Position numbers and translations under genes: made by a program
Assembly (NCBI GenBank): GCA_050013575.1
Contig: JBEKEZ010000002.1
Coordinates: forward strand, 192,736-256,735
Direction of reading: 5' to 3'
DNA length: 64,000 bases
Source of the DNA: Terriglobia bacterium
GTDB taxonomy: Bacteria > Acidobacteriota > Terriglobia > UBA7540
Notes under the pieces: model-generated
The model's database searches: none
The model's input: only the letters and a program-made list of their open reading frames with translations
Told to the model about the DNA's origin: nothing
Part shown: positions 46,315-55,024 of the stretch, one piece after another
Position numbering within the stretch: the stretch's first letter is position 1
Layout of the letters: each line of letters begins with the position of its first letter

Positions 46315-47466
46315 ATGAGCCTTATGCGCTTCGTGCGCAGGAACGCGTTTCGCAACAAGCGCCGCAGCTTCCTGACGGTGGTCAGCATCGGGTTTGGCCT
46401 TTTGCTGCTCACGGTGATGATGACCATCTGGCGCGCCTTTTACATTGACAAGGGCAGCGTCGAGTCGTCGCATCGGCTGCTTGTTCGGCACAAAGTATCG
46501 TTCGCGTTTTTCCTGCCGAGCTTTTATCGCGAGAAGATCCGAGCCCTCCCTGGCGTCAAGCACGTGGTGAATCAAACCTGGTTTGGCGGGCAGTACAAAG
46601 ACGACCGGGCGGAAAACTTCTTCGCCCAATTCGGCACCGATCCCCAAGAAATCATGGACGTGCATCGAGACGTCCAGATGCCGGAGGACCAACTGAAAGC
46701 CTGGCAACACGACCGCGCGGGCTGCATTGTGGACGGCGAATTGGCCAAGCGGCTCGGATTGAAGCTGGGCGACCGCGTCTATATTAAGGGGACCATCTTT
46801 CCCATGAACCTCGACCTTACCGTTCGAGGCATCTTCACCGCGCCCATCCCGACCGAAACTCTCTACTTCGACAATGCCTATCTCGACGAAGGCTATCCCC
46901 GCGTGAAGGGCATGGTCGGGTTCTTCAGCGTGCTGGCGGATTCGCCGGAGGCGGTGCCGCGCCTGACGGAAGAGATCGACTCGACCTTCCGCAATTCGAC
47001 GCGTCCCACCAAGACCGGAAGCGAGAAGGAATTCCAGTTGGAATGGATCGCCATGATGGGCAACGTGAAGGCTTTCTTGCTGAGCATCTGCGGGGCGGTG
47101 GTCTTCGCCACGCTGCTGGTATCCGCCAACACCATGGCCATGTCGATCCGCGAACGGACGCGCGAGGTGGCGGTGCTGAAGGCCCTGGGCTTCACGCGCG
47201 GCACGGTGCTTGGGCTTTTCGTGAGCGAAGCCATGACCTTGTCCCTTGCTGGCGGGGTTGTGGGCGCTTTGGCGGCGTGGGGAGTGATGACCGTCATCGT
47301 GCATTCGCCGAAGGGCACATTGTTCGTGAACGGGATGAGGATAACGCTCCCCACCGTGCTGGCTGCCTTGACCGTGGCTGCCGCCGTCGGGTTGTTCAGC
47401 TCGATTGTGCCGGCTTACAACGCTTCGCGAAAGAATATCGTTGATGGATTAAGGTACGTTGGTTGA
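46315..47466 (+). CDS. ABC transporter permease, FtsX/MacB type
   Basis: MSLMRFVRRNAFRNKRRSFLTVVSIGFG start, a large periplasmic loop, and a C-terminal FtsX 3-TM bundle (REVAVLKALGFTRG). Confidence 0.85.
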   Translation: MSLMRFVRRNAFRNKRRSFLTVVSIGFGLLLLTVMMTIWRAFYIDKGSVESSHRLLVRHKVSFAFFLPSFYREKIRALPGVKHVVNQTWFGGQYKDDRAENFFAQFGTDPQEIMDVHRDVQMPEDQLKAWQHDRAGCIVDGELAKRLGLKLGDRVYIKGTIFPMNLDLTVRGIFTAPIPTETLYFDNAYLDEGYPRVKGMVGFFSVLADSPEAVPRLTEEIDSTFRNSTRPTKTGSEKEFQLEWIAMMGNVKAFLLSICGAVVFATLLVSANTMAMSIRERTREVAVLKALGFTRGTVLGLFVSEAMTLSLAGGVVGALAAWGVMTVIVHSPKGTLFVNGMRITLPTVLAALTVAAAVGLFSSIVPAYNASRKNIVDGLRYVG

Positions 47467-47467
47467 A

Positions 47468-47693
47468 AGAAGCTGGAAGCTAGGAGTTAGAAGCTAGAAG
47501 GCAGAAGGCAGTGCGCAGTAGGCGGTGGGCCGAGGAGAGCGGGCGCGGCGCCGGAAGTGTAAGAGTGGCAAATGGGTCATGGTAAATGGGAAATGTGAAA
47601 TGGCCTGTTCGCCATTTACCATTTCCCATGGCCCATTTGCCATTTGAAATGTTTTGCTGGCCCCTCGACATTCGCTTTCTGCCTACTGCCCAC
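47468..47693. repeat. nested heptad-phased palindromic element (H5)
   Basis: Outer array of 9 phased units: agaagct ggaagct aggagtt agaagct agaaggc agaaggc agtgcgc agtaggc ggtgggc (47468-47530), pairing with ctttctgcctactgcccac (47675-47693). Inner hairpin: ggcaaat gggtcat ggtaaat gggaaat gtgaaat (47567-47601) with gccattt accattt cccatgg cccattt gccattt (47611-47645). Confidence 0.65.
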
Positions 47694-47730
47694 TTTTAGA
47701 CCGGCTTGCAGAGGACGGAATCGAGGGTAG

Positions 47731-48894
47731 ATGGCTGTTCCTATTCGATACAATCTCCGTAACCTGGGCGTGCGCAAGGCCACCACGGTGATGACGGCCT
47801 TGGGCATAGCGCTAACCGTGACCACCGCGGTTTTCATCATGGCGCTGCTGACCGGCCTGCGCGAAGCTTTCGCTAATACGGGCGACCCGCAGAACGTAAT
47901 GGTCCTGCGCAAAGGATCCACGTCCGAGGTGGGCGCGGGGGGCGTCGGTCGTGATGCAGCGCAGGTGCTGAAGACCTTGCCCGGCGTGGCGCGCAGTGTC
48001 CAAGGGGAGCCCCTGGTTTCCGGCGAAGATATTTTGATGATCGTTCTCCCACGCAAGGGCGCCTCGGGCGAGGCGAACGTCACCGTCCGATTTCTCTCGC
48101 CCCTGGGCATCGAGATGCGGCCGGAGGCGAAGCTGGTCGCCGGACGATGGTTCACGCCCGGCCAGCGCGAGGTGACCGCGAGCCGGTCCATCAACAAGCG
48201 CTTTGAGCACGCCAACATAGGCGACACCGTCCAGATCGGCAACAGGGTGTGGAATGTCGTGGGCCTCTTTGATGCCGGCGGCACGGCGCACGCATCCGAG
48301 ATGTGGGGCGACGTCAACCAACTCGGAACCGACTTCGACCGTACCTGGTTTTCGTCGGTCCTGATCCGCTCGACCGACCGGGCATCGGCGGAGGCCGTCA
48401 GAAACCGCGTGCACGACGACCAGCAACTGAAGCTCAACGCGATGCTGGAACCGGATTATTACGCCTCGCAGACCAACTCCGGCGCGCCCATCAAATTTGT
48501 CGGAATCATCGTGGCCATCATCATGGCCATCGGCTCGTGCTTTGCCGCCATGAACACCATGTTCGCGGCGGTCGTCAACCGCGCCAAAGAAATCGCCGTG
48601 CTGCGCGTCATGGGTTTCTCGCGGCCCAGCATCATGGCCTCGTTCGTGTTGGAGTCGCTGCTGCTCTCGCTGCTGGGCGCGCTGTTGGGCATCGCGCTGA
48701 TGCTGCCTTTCAATGGCATGACCACCGGCACTTCCAACCAGGCAACCTACAGCGAAGTCATCTTCAGCCTACGCATGTCGCCGGCAGTCCTCGGCGTCGC
48801 CGTCGCTTTCGCGCTGTCGATGGGCTTCTTGGGGGGGTTCGCTCCCGCCTGGCAGGCCGCCCGACAAAATATCGTCACGTCGCTGAGAGACTGA
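47731..48894 (+). CDS. ABC transporter permease, FtsX/MacB type
   Basis: MAVPIRYNLRNLGVRKATTVMTALGIAL start and a C-terminal FtsX domain (KEIAVLRVMGFSRP). Confidence 0.85.
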   Translation: MAVPIRYNLRNLGVRKATTVMTALGIALTVTTAVFIMALLTGLREAFANTGDPQNVMVLRKGSTSEVGAGGVGRDAAQVLKTLPGVARSVQGEPLVSGEDILMIVLPRKGASGEANVTVRFLSPLGIEMRPEAKLVAGRWFTPGQREVTASRSINKRFEHANIGDTVQIGNRVWNVVGLFDAGGTAHASEMWGDVNQLGTDFDRTWFSSVLIRSTDRASAEAVRNRVHDDQQLKLNAMLEPDYYASQTNSGAPIKFVGIIVAIIMAIGSCFAAMNTMFAAVVNRAKEIAVLRVMGFSRPSIMASFVLESLLLSLLGALLGIALMLPFNGMTTGTSNQATYSEVIFSLRMSPAVLGVAVAFALSMGFLGGFAPAWQAARQNIVTSLRD

Positions 48895-48950
48895 AGTAAT
48901 ACTGGCTCCAGCGATCGGGTCCTGTTATCATGCTTCGAGAGGGTGATAAC

Positions 48951-49175
48951 ATGATTCGCACGCAGGTGAGCCTCGACGAACGAGAGTACCAGTTGGCAAG
49001 GGAGGAAGCGGAAGCGCTGGGAATCTCGGTGGCGGAATACGTCCGCCGGGCGATTCGCCAAGTGCTTCCGCCTTCCGGCCACCCGGTCTGGATGCGATAC
49101 GCAGGACTGGTCGAGTCAGGCAATCCGCGGTCCAGCCAGTTGATCGATGACATCGTTTATGGCCGCAAAGACTGA
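48951..49175 (+). CDS. vapB: ribbon-helix-helix antitoxin
   Basis: MIRTQVSLDEREYQLAREEAEALGISVAEYVRRAI is an RHH/CopG-type fold signature. It overlaps the PIN gene. Confidence 0.7.
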   Translation: MIRTQVSLDEREYQLAREEAEALGISVAEYVRRAIRQVLPPSGHPVWMRYAGLVESGNPRSSQLIDDIVYGRKD

Positions 49176-49578
49176 GGCTTACGTCGACACCTCCGCTCTC
49201 ATTGCCTTTCTGGACCGGTCGGACAGCTACCATCCGCTGTTTCGGAGACTGTTTTCCAACCCACCGCGTCTCATTACCTCGTCGCTGGTCATCGCCGAAG
49301 GGCACGGGTGGTTTTTGCGGCGATACGACCATAACCGCGCCATCCAGTTTCTGAACTTCATCGACGATCTGTCGGTTCTGGCCATTCAGAGCTTCAATCG
49401 CGAGGAATTAGCGAAGACCAACCAACTGGTGAAGCGGTTTGCCGACCAGTCGCTGACGCTGGCCGATGCCCACGGCCTCGTCATCATCAATGAGCGCCGA
49501 ATTTCCACTTGCTGGTCGACCGACCGCCATCTGGCGCTCACTGGCGCGAGGTTGGTGATTTCCTCCGCCAGCATGTGA
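49159..49578 (+). CDS. vapC: PIN-domain toxin
   Basis: YVDTSALIAF (first acidic residue), a conserved E (VIAEGHGW) and D (LTLADAHGL). It overlaps the antitoxin stop by 17 nt. Confidence 0.8.
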   Translation: MAAKTEAYVDTSALIAFLDRSDSYHPLFRRLFSNPPRLITSSLVIAEGHGWFLRRYDHNRAIQFLNFIDDLSVLAIQSFNREELAKTNQLVKRFADQSLTLADAHGLVIINERRISTCWSTDRHLALTGARLVISSASM

Positions 49579-49943
49579 CTCCTGCGCGGCGCGTCCCGGG
49601 AAGCAGTCCATCCCGCGCGCAAATCGCTGAGCTGTTATCCGCGCATGATGCACTTCATCAGTTTTCTGCTGCTGGCAGCGGTTGCTCTGCCGATTGCCAG
49701 GTGTGGAGCGCACGTGGCGGCCAAGGTTCTTGATTGGCCTGAGCGCCGCAGGGCTCTGGCATAGAATCCGCACTAGCATGTGGCGCACCCGCACCCCCAG
49801 CGCATCTGTGAACCGAAGAATCCAAGAAATATGTTATCCTGAAAAGACAAATTTTATTTCGTGGCCGCATTTGGGTCTCATCACTATGCAAGACCCAGTG
49901 AGGTTGCTTGATGGGTGGGGGAAGAACAAGGAGGGTGCGCTAA

Positions 49944-51002
49944 ATGGAACCGACTGAAGCCGCCGTCGCTGCGGCCAGCGTGACTGAAGATCGCCCCGTC
50001 GAGGCGGAGGCCATCGACCAGGAGTCACGCGCTCGGAGAACAGATCCCGCGGTATTAAAAAGTCTGCTCGAGCAAATGTTGTTGATCCGGCGTTTTGAGG
50101 AGCGAGCCGCGGAGCTCTACACCATGGGAAAGATTGGAGGGTTTTGTCACCTCTATATCGGTCAGGAGGCGGTGGCAGTTGGCGCGCTTTCGACTCTCCG
50201 TAAGGAAGATTACATCCTCACCTCGTACCGCGAGCACGGGCATGCTTTGGCGCGCGGCGTCGATCCCGGCGAAGTGATGGCCGAACTCTACGGCAAGCAG
50301 AGCGGCGTCTCCGAGGGCAAGGGCGGATCGATGCATTTGTTCGACAAGGCCAGGGGATTTTTGGGCGGGCACGCCATCGTCGGTGGTCAGATCCCGTTGG
50401 CCACGGGCACGGCGTTCGCCGCAAAGTATCTCAAGCAACCGCGCGTCACGCTTTGCTTCTTCGGCGAAGCGGCGGTGAATATCGGCTCGTTTCACGAGTC
50501 GCTGAACCTCGCGGCGCTGTGGAAGCTGCCCGTCGTTTACATTTGCGAGAACAATCGGTTCGGCATGGGAACGCCGATTGAGCGCGCCTCGGCCTTGTAC
50601 GAACTTTCGCAGAAGGCTCTCGCTTACAACATGGCCCGCGCTCAGGTGGACGGCATGGACGTGCTGGCCGTGCGCGACGTGGTGATGGAGGCTGTCGAGC
50701 GGGCGAGGAATGAAGCTGCGCCAACACTGATCGAGGCGCGGACCTACCGCTTCATGGGCCACTCGATGTCCGATCCCGTTCACGGCCACTATCGCACCAA
50801 AGCGGAAGTGGAGGAGCAGAAGCGCCACGACCCGATCAGGCGCCTCGCTTCCACGCTCGAATCGATGGGGCTGATCACGCGCGAAGATATACGCGAGATC
50901 GATGGGAAGGTGAAGGAAATCGTTGAGGACGCGGTCGGGTTCTCCGAGCGCAGCGATGACCCGCACCCCTCACAGCTTTACGCCGACGTCTACACGCCGT
51001 GA
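49944..51002 (+). CDS. pdhA: pyruvate dehydrogenase E1 component, alpha subunit
   Basis: AAGGAGGG SD upstream. Motifs: LLIRRFEERAAELY, GFCHLYIGQEA and the ThDP region YICENNRFGMGT. Confidence 0.9.
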   Translation: MEPTEAAVAAASVTEDRPVEAEAIDQESRARRTDPAVLKSLLEQMLLIRRFEERAAELYTMGKIGGFCHLYIGQEAVAVGALSTLRKEDYILTSYREHGHALARGVDPGEVMAELYGKQSGVSEGKGGSMHLFDKARGFLGGHAIVGGQIPLATGTAFAAKYLKQPRVTLCFFGEAAVNIGSFHESLNLAALWKLPVVYICENNRFGMGTPIERASALYELSQKALAYNMARAQVDGMDVLAVRDVVMEAVERARNEAAPTLIEARTYRFMGHSMSDPVHGHYRTKAEVEEQKRHDPIRRLASTLESMGLITREDIREIDGKVKEIVEDAVGFSERSDDPHPSQLYADVYTP

Positions 51003-51115
51003 CGAAGAAGCGACGAGTGGCAAGTGGCGAGGAAGAGCCGCTCCCCACTGTGCCAGCCCCCTCCGGAGTCGCGAAAGGCGCGAGCCGGAAATTTGAACTC
51101 TGAAATTTGAAAAGC
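51001..51115. repeat. heptad-phased element in the pdhA-pdhB spacer (H6)
   Basis: gacgaag aagcgac gagtggc aagtggc gaggaag (51001-51035) and ggaaatt tgaactc tgaaatt tgaaaag (51088-51115). It shares the 15-mer agtggcaagtggcga with 46089-46103. Confidence 0.55.
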
Positions 51116-51125
51116 CGGAGACTAG

Positions 51126-52106
51126 ATGCCGATCATTACTTACCGCGAAGCACTCAACCAGGCCCTGCGCGAGGAATTGCGCCACGATGACCGCGTCTTC
51201 CTGATGGGCGAGGAAGTCGGCTACTACCAGGGCGCCTACAAGATCAGCAAGGGATTGTTGGACGAATTCGGACCACAGCGGGTTTTGGATACGCCCATCA
51301 CCGAGCTCGGCTTCACCGGGCTGGGCGTGGGCGCGGCCATGGCCGGCCTGCGGCCCATCGTCGAGATGATGACGTTCAACTTCGCTCTGCTCGCGATTGA
51401 CCAGATCGTGAACAGCGCCGCCAAGATGCTCTACATGTCCGGCGGACAGTGCCGCGTGCCGATGGTGATCCGCGGACCGGGCGGCGCCGGGCATCAGCTC
51501 GCGGCGCAACACTCACAAGCGCTGGAGTCCTGGTTTTGTCACGTCCCGGGTCTCAAAGTGGTCACACCGGCCACGCCCGCCGATGCCAAAGGACTCCTGA
51601 AGAGCTCGGTTCGCGATGACAACACCGTGATCTTCATCGAGTCGGAAGTGCTTTACGGAACCAAGGGCGAAGTGCCGGAGGGCGAGAATCTGATTCCGCT
51701 CGGCGTGGCGGAAATCAAAAGACCGGGCGGGCACGTCACCGTGATCGCGCACTCCAAGATGGTGCTGGTCGCGCTGGACGCTGCGCAGGAACTAGCGAAA
51801 GAAGGAATCGAAGCCGAAGTCGTCGACCCGCGCACGCTGCGTCCGCTCGATACCAACACGATCCTGGACTCAGTCAAGAAGACCAACCACGCCGTGATCG
51901 TCGAGGAAGGCTGGCCGTATTGCGGTGTGGGCGCGCAGATCTCGGATACGATCCAGCTTCACGCGTTCGATTATCTGGATGCTCCCATCTTGCGCGTGAC
52001 CGGCGCGGACGTGCCCATGCCTTACGCGAAGAATCTGGAACACGCGTGCCTGCCCGACAAAACCCGGGTGGTCGAGGCGGTGCACCAAGTTTTGAATCGA
52101 AAGTAG
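51126..52106 (+). CDS. pdhB: pyruvate dehydrogenase E1 component, beta subunit
   Basis: 326 aa. Motifs: MPIITYREALNQALREEL, GEEVGYYQGAYK and the transketolase-like Pyr and C-terminal domains. Confidence 0.92.
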   Translation: MPIITYREALNQALREELRHDDRVFLMGEEVGYYQGAYKISKGLLDEFGPQRVLDTPITELGFTGLGVGAAMAGLRPIVEMMTFNFALLAIDQIVNSAAKMLYMSGGQCRVPMVIRGPGGAGHQLAAQHSQALESWFCHVPGLKVVTPATPADAKGLLKSSVRDDNTVIFIESEVLYGTKGEVPEGENLIPLGVAEIKRPGGHVTVIAHSKMVLVALDAAQELAKEGIEAEVVDPRTLRPLDTNTILDSVKKTNHAVIVEEGWPYCGVGAQISDTIQLHAFDYLDAPILRVTGADVPMPYAKNLEHACLPDKTRVVEAVHQVLNRK

Positions 52107-52267
52107 GAATTAGGAACTAGGAACTAGGGATGGGGAATTTGGGGGCAGCGCAATTAAGAAATTCAAAAGTAAAAATTCAAAAGAAAGAACGCTCTGCTTC
52201 AATTTTGACTTTTTAATTTTGAATTGACAGACGAAAATCCTTCGTCCTTTCCTAATTCCGGATCCCT
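52104..52267. repeat. nested heptad-phased element in the pdhB-pdhC spacer (H7)
   Basis: taggaat taggaac taggaac tagggat ggggaat ttggggg (52104-52145). The first unit contains the pdhB stop codon. AT-rich inner hairpin: aagaaattcaaaagtaaaaattcaaaag with cttcaattttgactttttaattttgaattg. The outer arm is closed by cctttcctaattccggatccc (52247-52267). Confidence 0.65.
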
Positions 52268-52278
52268 GAGGAGAGCTT

Positions 52279-53721
52279 ATGGCGGCGCGTGTATTGATGC
52301 CGAAAGGCAGCGACACGATGACGGAAGGGAAAGTCCTGAAGTGGCTCAAGGGGGAGGGCGAATCGGTTGCCGCCGGCGACGCTGTGGTGGAGATTGAAAC
52401 TGACAAAGTGGACATGGAAGTTGAGACGTCGGGCGAAGGCGTTCTGCGGCAAATTCTGGTGAAGGAAGGCCAGACCGTTCCGGTGGGACAGTTGCTGGGA
52501 GTGATCGCGCCGCCGAACGAAGACATTGCGGCGATCATCAAGGAAGCTCAGGCCGCTCCACCGCCCGCGCCGCATCTCGAAGCCGAGCCAGCCCTGGCGC
52601 CCAAAGCTGCGGCGGCTCCTTCTGCGCCTGGAAGGCCCGCGGCGCCCGCCGCCGTTGGCGCGCCATCGGTTCCATCAGCACCCACGAGCGCGCGCGTCGC
52701 AGCATCCGAGCCGCAGCCTCGGCTGGCCGTGCCTGCTTCTCCGTCCCCAAGTGCAGTTGGCGAGCCCAAGGCCACGGCGGGGGCTCTAGCCGCAGTGCTC
52801 CCTCGCACCGACGGGGGCCGCGTTTTTGCGTCGCCCTTGGCGCGACGGATTGCCAGGGACAAGGGCGTGGATCTGAGCCTCGTCAGCGGAAGCGGGCCGG
52901 GAGGAAGAATCGTTCGCGAGGATGTTGACCGCGCGCTCGCCAGTGTGGCGGCCGCTCCTCTGGCGCAGGGTGCGGCAGTGGGCGGCGCAGTTCGCGCGGC
53001 GACTCCAGCGCGACCGGTCTTTGTGCCGGGTGGGCCGGAAGTCCACGACGAGCCTTTGAGCACGATGCGGAAAACCATCGCCACGCGCCTCACGCAGAGC
53101 TTGGGTCCGGTGCCGCATTTTTATCTGACCATCGAAGTGGACATGCGCCGCGCCATGGAGCTGCGCGAGTCGGCGAACAATCTCGATCCGGAATTGAAGC
53201 TGACCTACAACGACATCATCGTCAAGGCCTGCGCTGCGGCTCTGCGGGCGCATCCGGAGGTGAACGCGTCTTTCATCGGTGAAGCGATCCGCACTTACAG
53301 CCGCGTGCACATTGGCGTCGCGGTGCCTGTGGACGGCGGCGGCCTGATCACGCCGGTGATCCGCGACTGCGATCAGAAGAGCTTGCAGCAAATCTCGGAC
53401 GAGGCCAAAGAGCTGATCGCCCGCGCGCGCAGTCGGAAACTGAATCCCGACGAGTACACGGGCGCGACGTTCAGCGTCTCGAACCTGGGCATGATGGGCA
53501 TCGATCAGTTCTCCGCCATCATCAATCCGCCCGAGGGCGCGATCCTCGCCGTGGGCGCGGTGGTGGAGAAACCCGTGGTCACCGACCATCACGTCGGCAT
53601 CGGCCACCGCTGCCGGCTGACGCTCTCCTGCGACCATCGCGTGGTGGACGGAGCCACCGGCGCGAGGTTCCTCCAGACCCTGCAATCGATCCTGGAGAAT
53701 CCGGTTTACTTGGCGTTCTGA
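52279..53721 (+). CDS. pdhC: dihydrolipoamide acetyltransferase (E2)
   Basis: Lipoyl domain (VVEIETDKVDMEVE), an Ala/Pro linker, a peripheral-subunit-binding domain (ASPLARRIARDKGVDL) and the catalytic motif DHRVVDGA. Confidence 0.92.
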   Translation: MAARVLMPKGSDTMTEGKVLKWLKGEGESVAAGDAVVEIETDKVDMEVETSGEGVLRQILVKEGQTVPVGQLLGVIAPPNEDIAAIIKEAQAAPPPAPHLEAEPALAPKAAAAPSAPGRPAAPAAVGAPSVPSAPTSARVAASEPQPRLAVPASPSPSAVGEPKATAGALAAVLPRTDGGRVFASPLARRIARDKGVDLSLVSGSGPGGRIVREDVDRALASVAAAPLAQGAAVGGAVRAATPARPVFVPGGPEVHDEPLSTMRKTIATRLTQSLGPVPHFYLTIEVDMRRAMELRESANNLDPELKLTYNDIIVKACAAALRAHPEVNASFIGEAIRTYSRVHIGVAVPVDGGGLITPVIRDCDQKSLQQISDEAKELIARARSRKLNPDEYTGATFSVSNLGMMGIDQFSAIINPPEGAILAVGAVVEKPVVTDHHVGIGHRCRLTLSCDHRVVDGATGARFLQTLQSILENPVYLAF

Positions 53722-54005
53722 GTCTTCGGGATTCCGTGATAGCTCGTTCCATCAATTTTCGCACATGCCGCCGAAAGTAAACGGCATGTCCATACTACAA
53801 GTGTTATATACAGCTGTATATAATGATGGTGTAATATCGCATAGGCATCGGAATCCACTTCCGCCCCAATCGTTCGATAGGCCGTGATCCGACACGGCGG
53901 GTTGGCACCCGCGTTTGAGTAAGGGGCTGTGGGAAGGCGGGTTGCGGCCGAAGAGATATTTTGACGGGTGGGGCGAAATTTGCACCCTTGGGGTGGGAGA
54001 TGCAG

Positions 54006-54431
54006 TTACACTCGGGCATGCGCGAACCCGAGAAGCCTTCTCCGACCGAATCGCCGATGTTGTTTGATCCCGCAAAGCGGGACCGAGCCCGCATCGGAAT
54101 CGCTCACGGCGCTGGGCGTAGCGGGGAAGCGAATGCCCCACATGTCGCCTTCCGCCTGGAGGAGTTGAAGGCCGAGATGGTAGAACCCCTCGCGGTCCGT
54201 GGTATTCACCCAAACGACGCTGAAGGTGCCTGCGACGTCGTTCTTCGTGCTCACCACGTGTACCTCTGAGTCCAGTTCCACAAGATTCTTGATCCGAGTC
54301 ATGCACCCGTGCTGGCTGATCAGGATGGTTTGTGTCGATTCGTCAAAAAACTTGTTTTCTGTGGACATGCCGCGCACTCGAATGGGCAGAGCTAACATCA
54401 CTCGAGCGCTTCTGCGGCGGGCGTCATCCAT
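54006..54431 (-). CDS. PilZ-domain protein
   Basis: 141 aa. An RRSARV...PIRVRG N-motif followed by a D/ExSxxG-like segment ESTQTILISQHGC. Confidence 0.55.
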   Translation of the reverse strand: MDDARRRSARVMLALPIRVRGMSTENKFFDESTQTILISQHGCMTRIKNLVELDSEVHVVSTKNDVAGTFSVVWVNTTDREGFYHLGLQLLQAEGDMWGIRFPATPSAVSDSDAGSVPLCGIKQHRRFGRRRLLGFAHARV

Positions 54432-54730
54432 CTACATGTCGATTCAATAAAATAGCGAGGAGCGCCCGTTCACGTCTTGACACGACCTCCCCATCCCAGG
54501 TTTCCCCAGGACAGGCAATTCCCCCGTTCAAGCTTATCGGGTTATTTTACCACGGCTTGAGGCGAGCGGCGGGGAGCGGCTCGTTGGGTAGGGCGGAGAA
54601 CTCTTGCATCTTCCCAGTTGTGGCCCAATCGAGGAAGGAAAGTGCACTCGCAAGTCATCGCTGGCCGTCCGGCTTTTGGGAATTCTGACCGCGCATGACA
54701 CAGTCCGATTTCAAGAGATCGGCAACGCCC

Positions 54731-55024
54731 TCACATGTTAGTGACGCCTGGAGAGGTTGCTTCCGCGTTGCTGCCGTCGAACACAAAGCTCTGCGCGCTG
54801 CATTTCGAGGCGGTCGAGCCAATCGTCATTGCGCCCTTCACGTTTGAGGGCCAGACGAAGGTCCTGCTGCCGGTCGAGTCCTGGCAGATGATGAAGTTCA
54901 ATTGCTCGCCCGCAGAAGCGTTGGCGAGCGTCGAACTGGTGACGTTGCCGGTGAGCGTAATCTTTTGGGTGTTGCCGAGGGACGCGTCGAAGGTAGGCGT
55001 CCCTGAGAACGTCACGACGTTCAG
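54731..55024. repeat. dispersed repeat copy 2 (encodes the shared C-terminal module)
   Basis: See 5442-5735. My hand count is 75 of 97 identical residues, with no gaps. Confidence 0.8.

Noticed and set aside
53764-53788. Simple hairpins after pdhC (53764-53788), after the serine hydrolase gene (44386-44402) and after lysS (2033-2069), considered as intrinsic terminators.
   Set aside because: The stems are short (6-7 bp). Only the lysS one has a nearby T-run, and that run is displaced by about 12 nt. They are plausible terminators but not strong enough to list as features.
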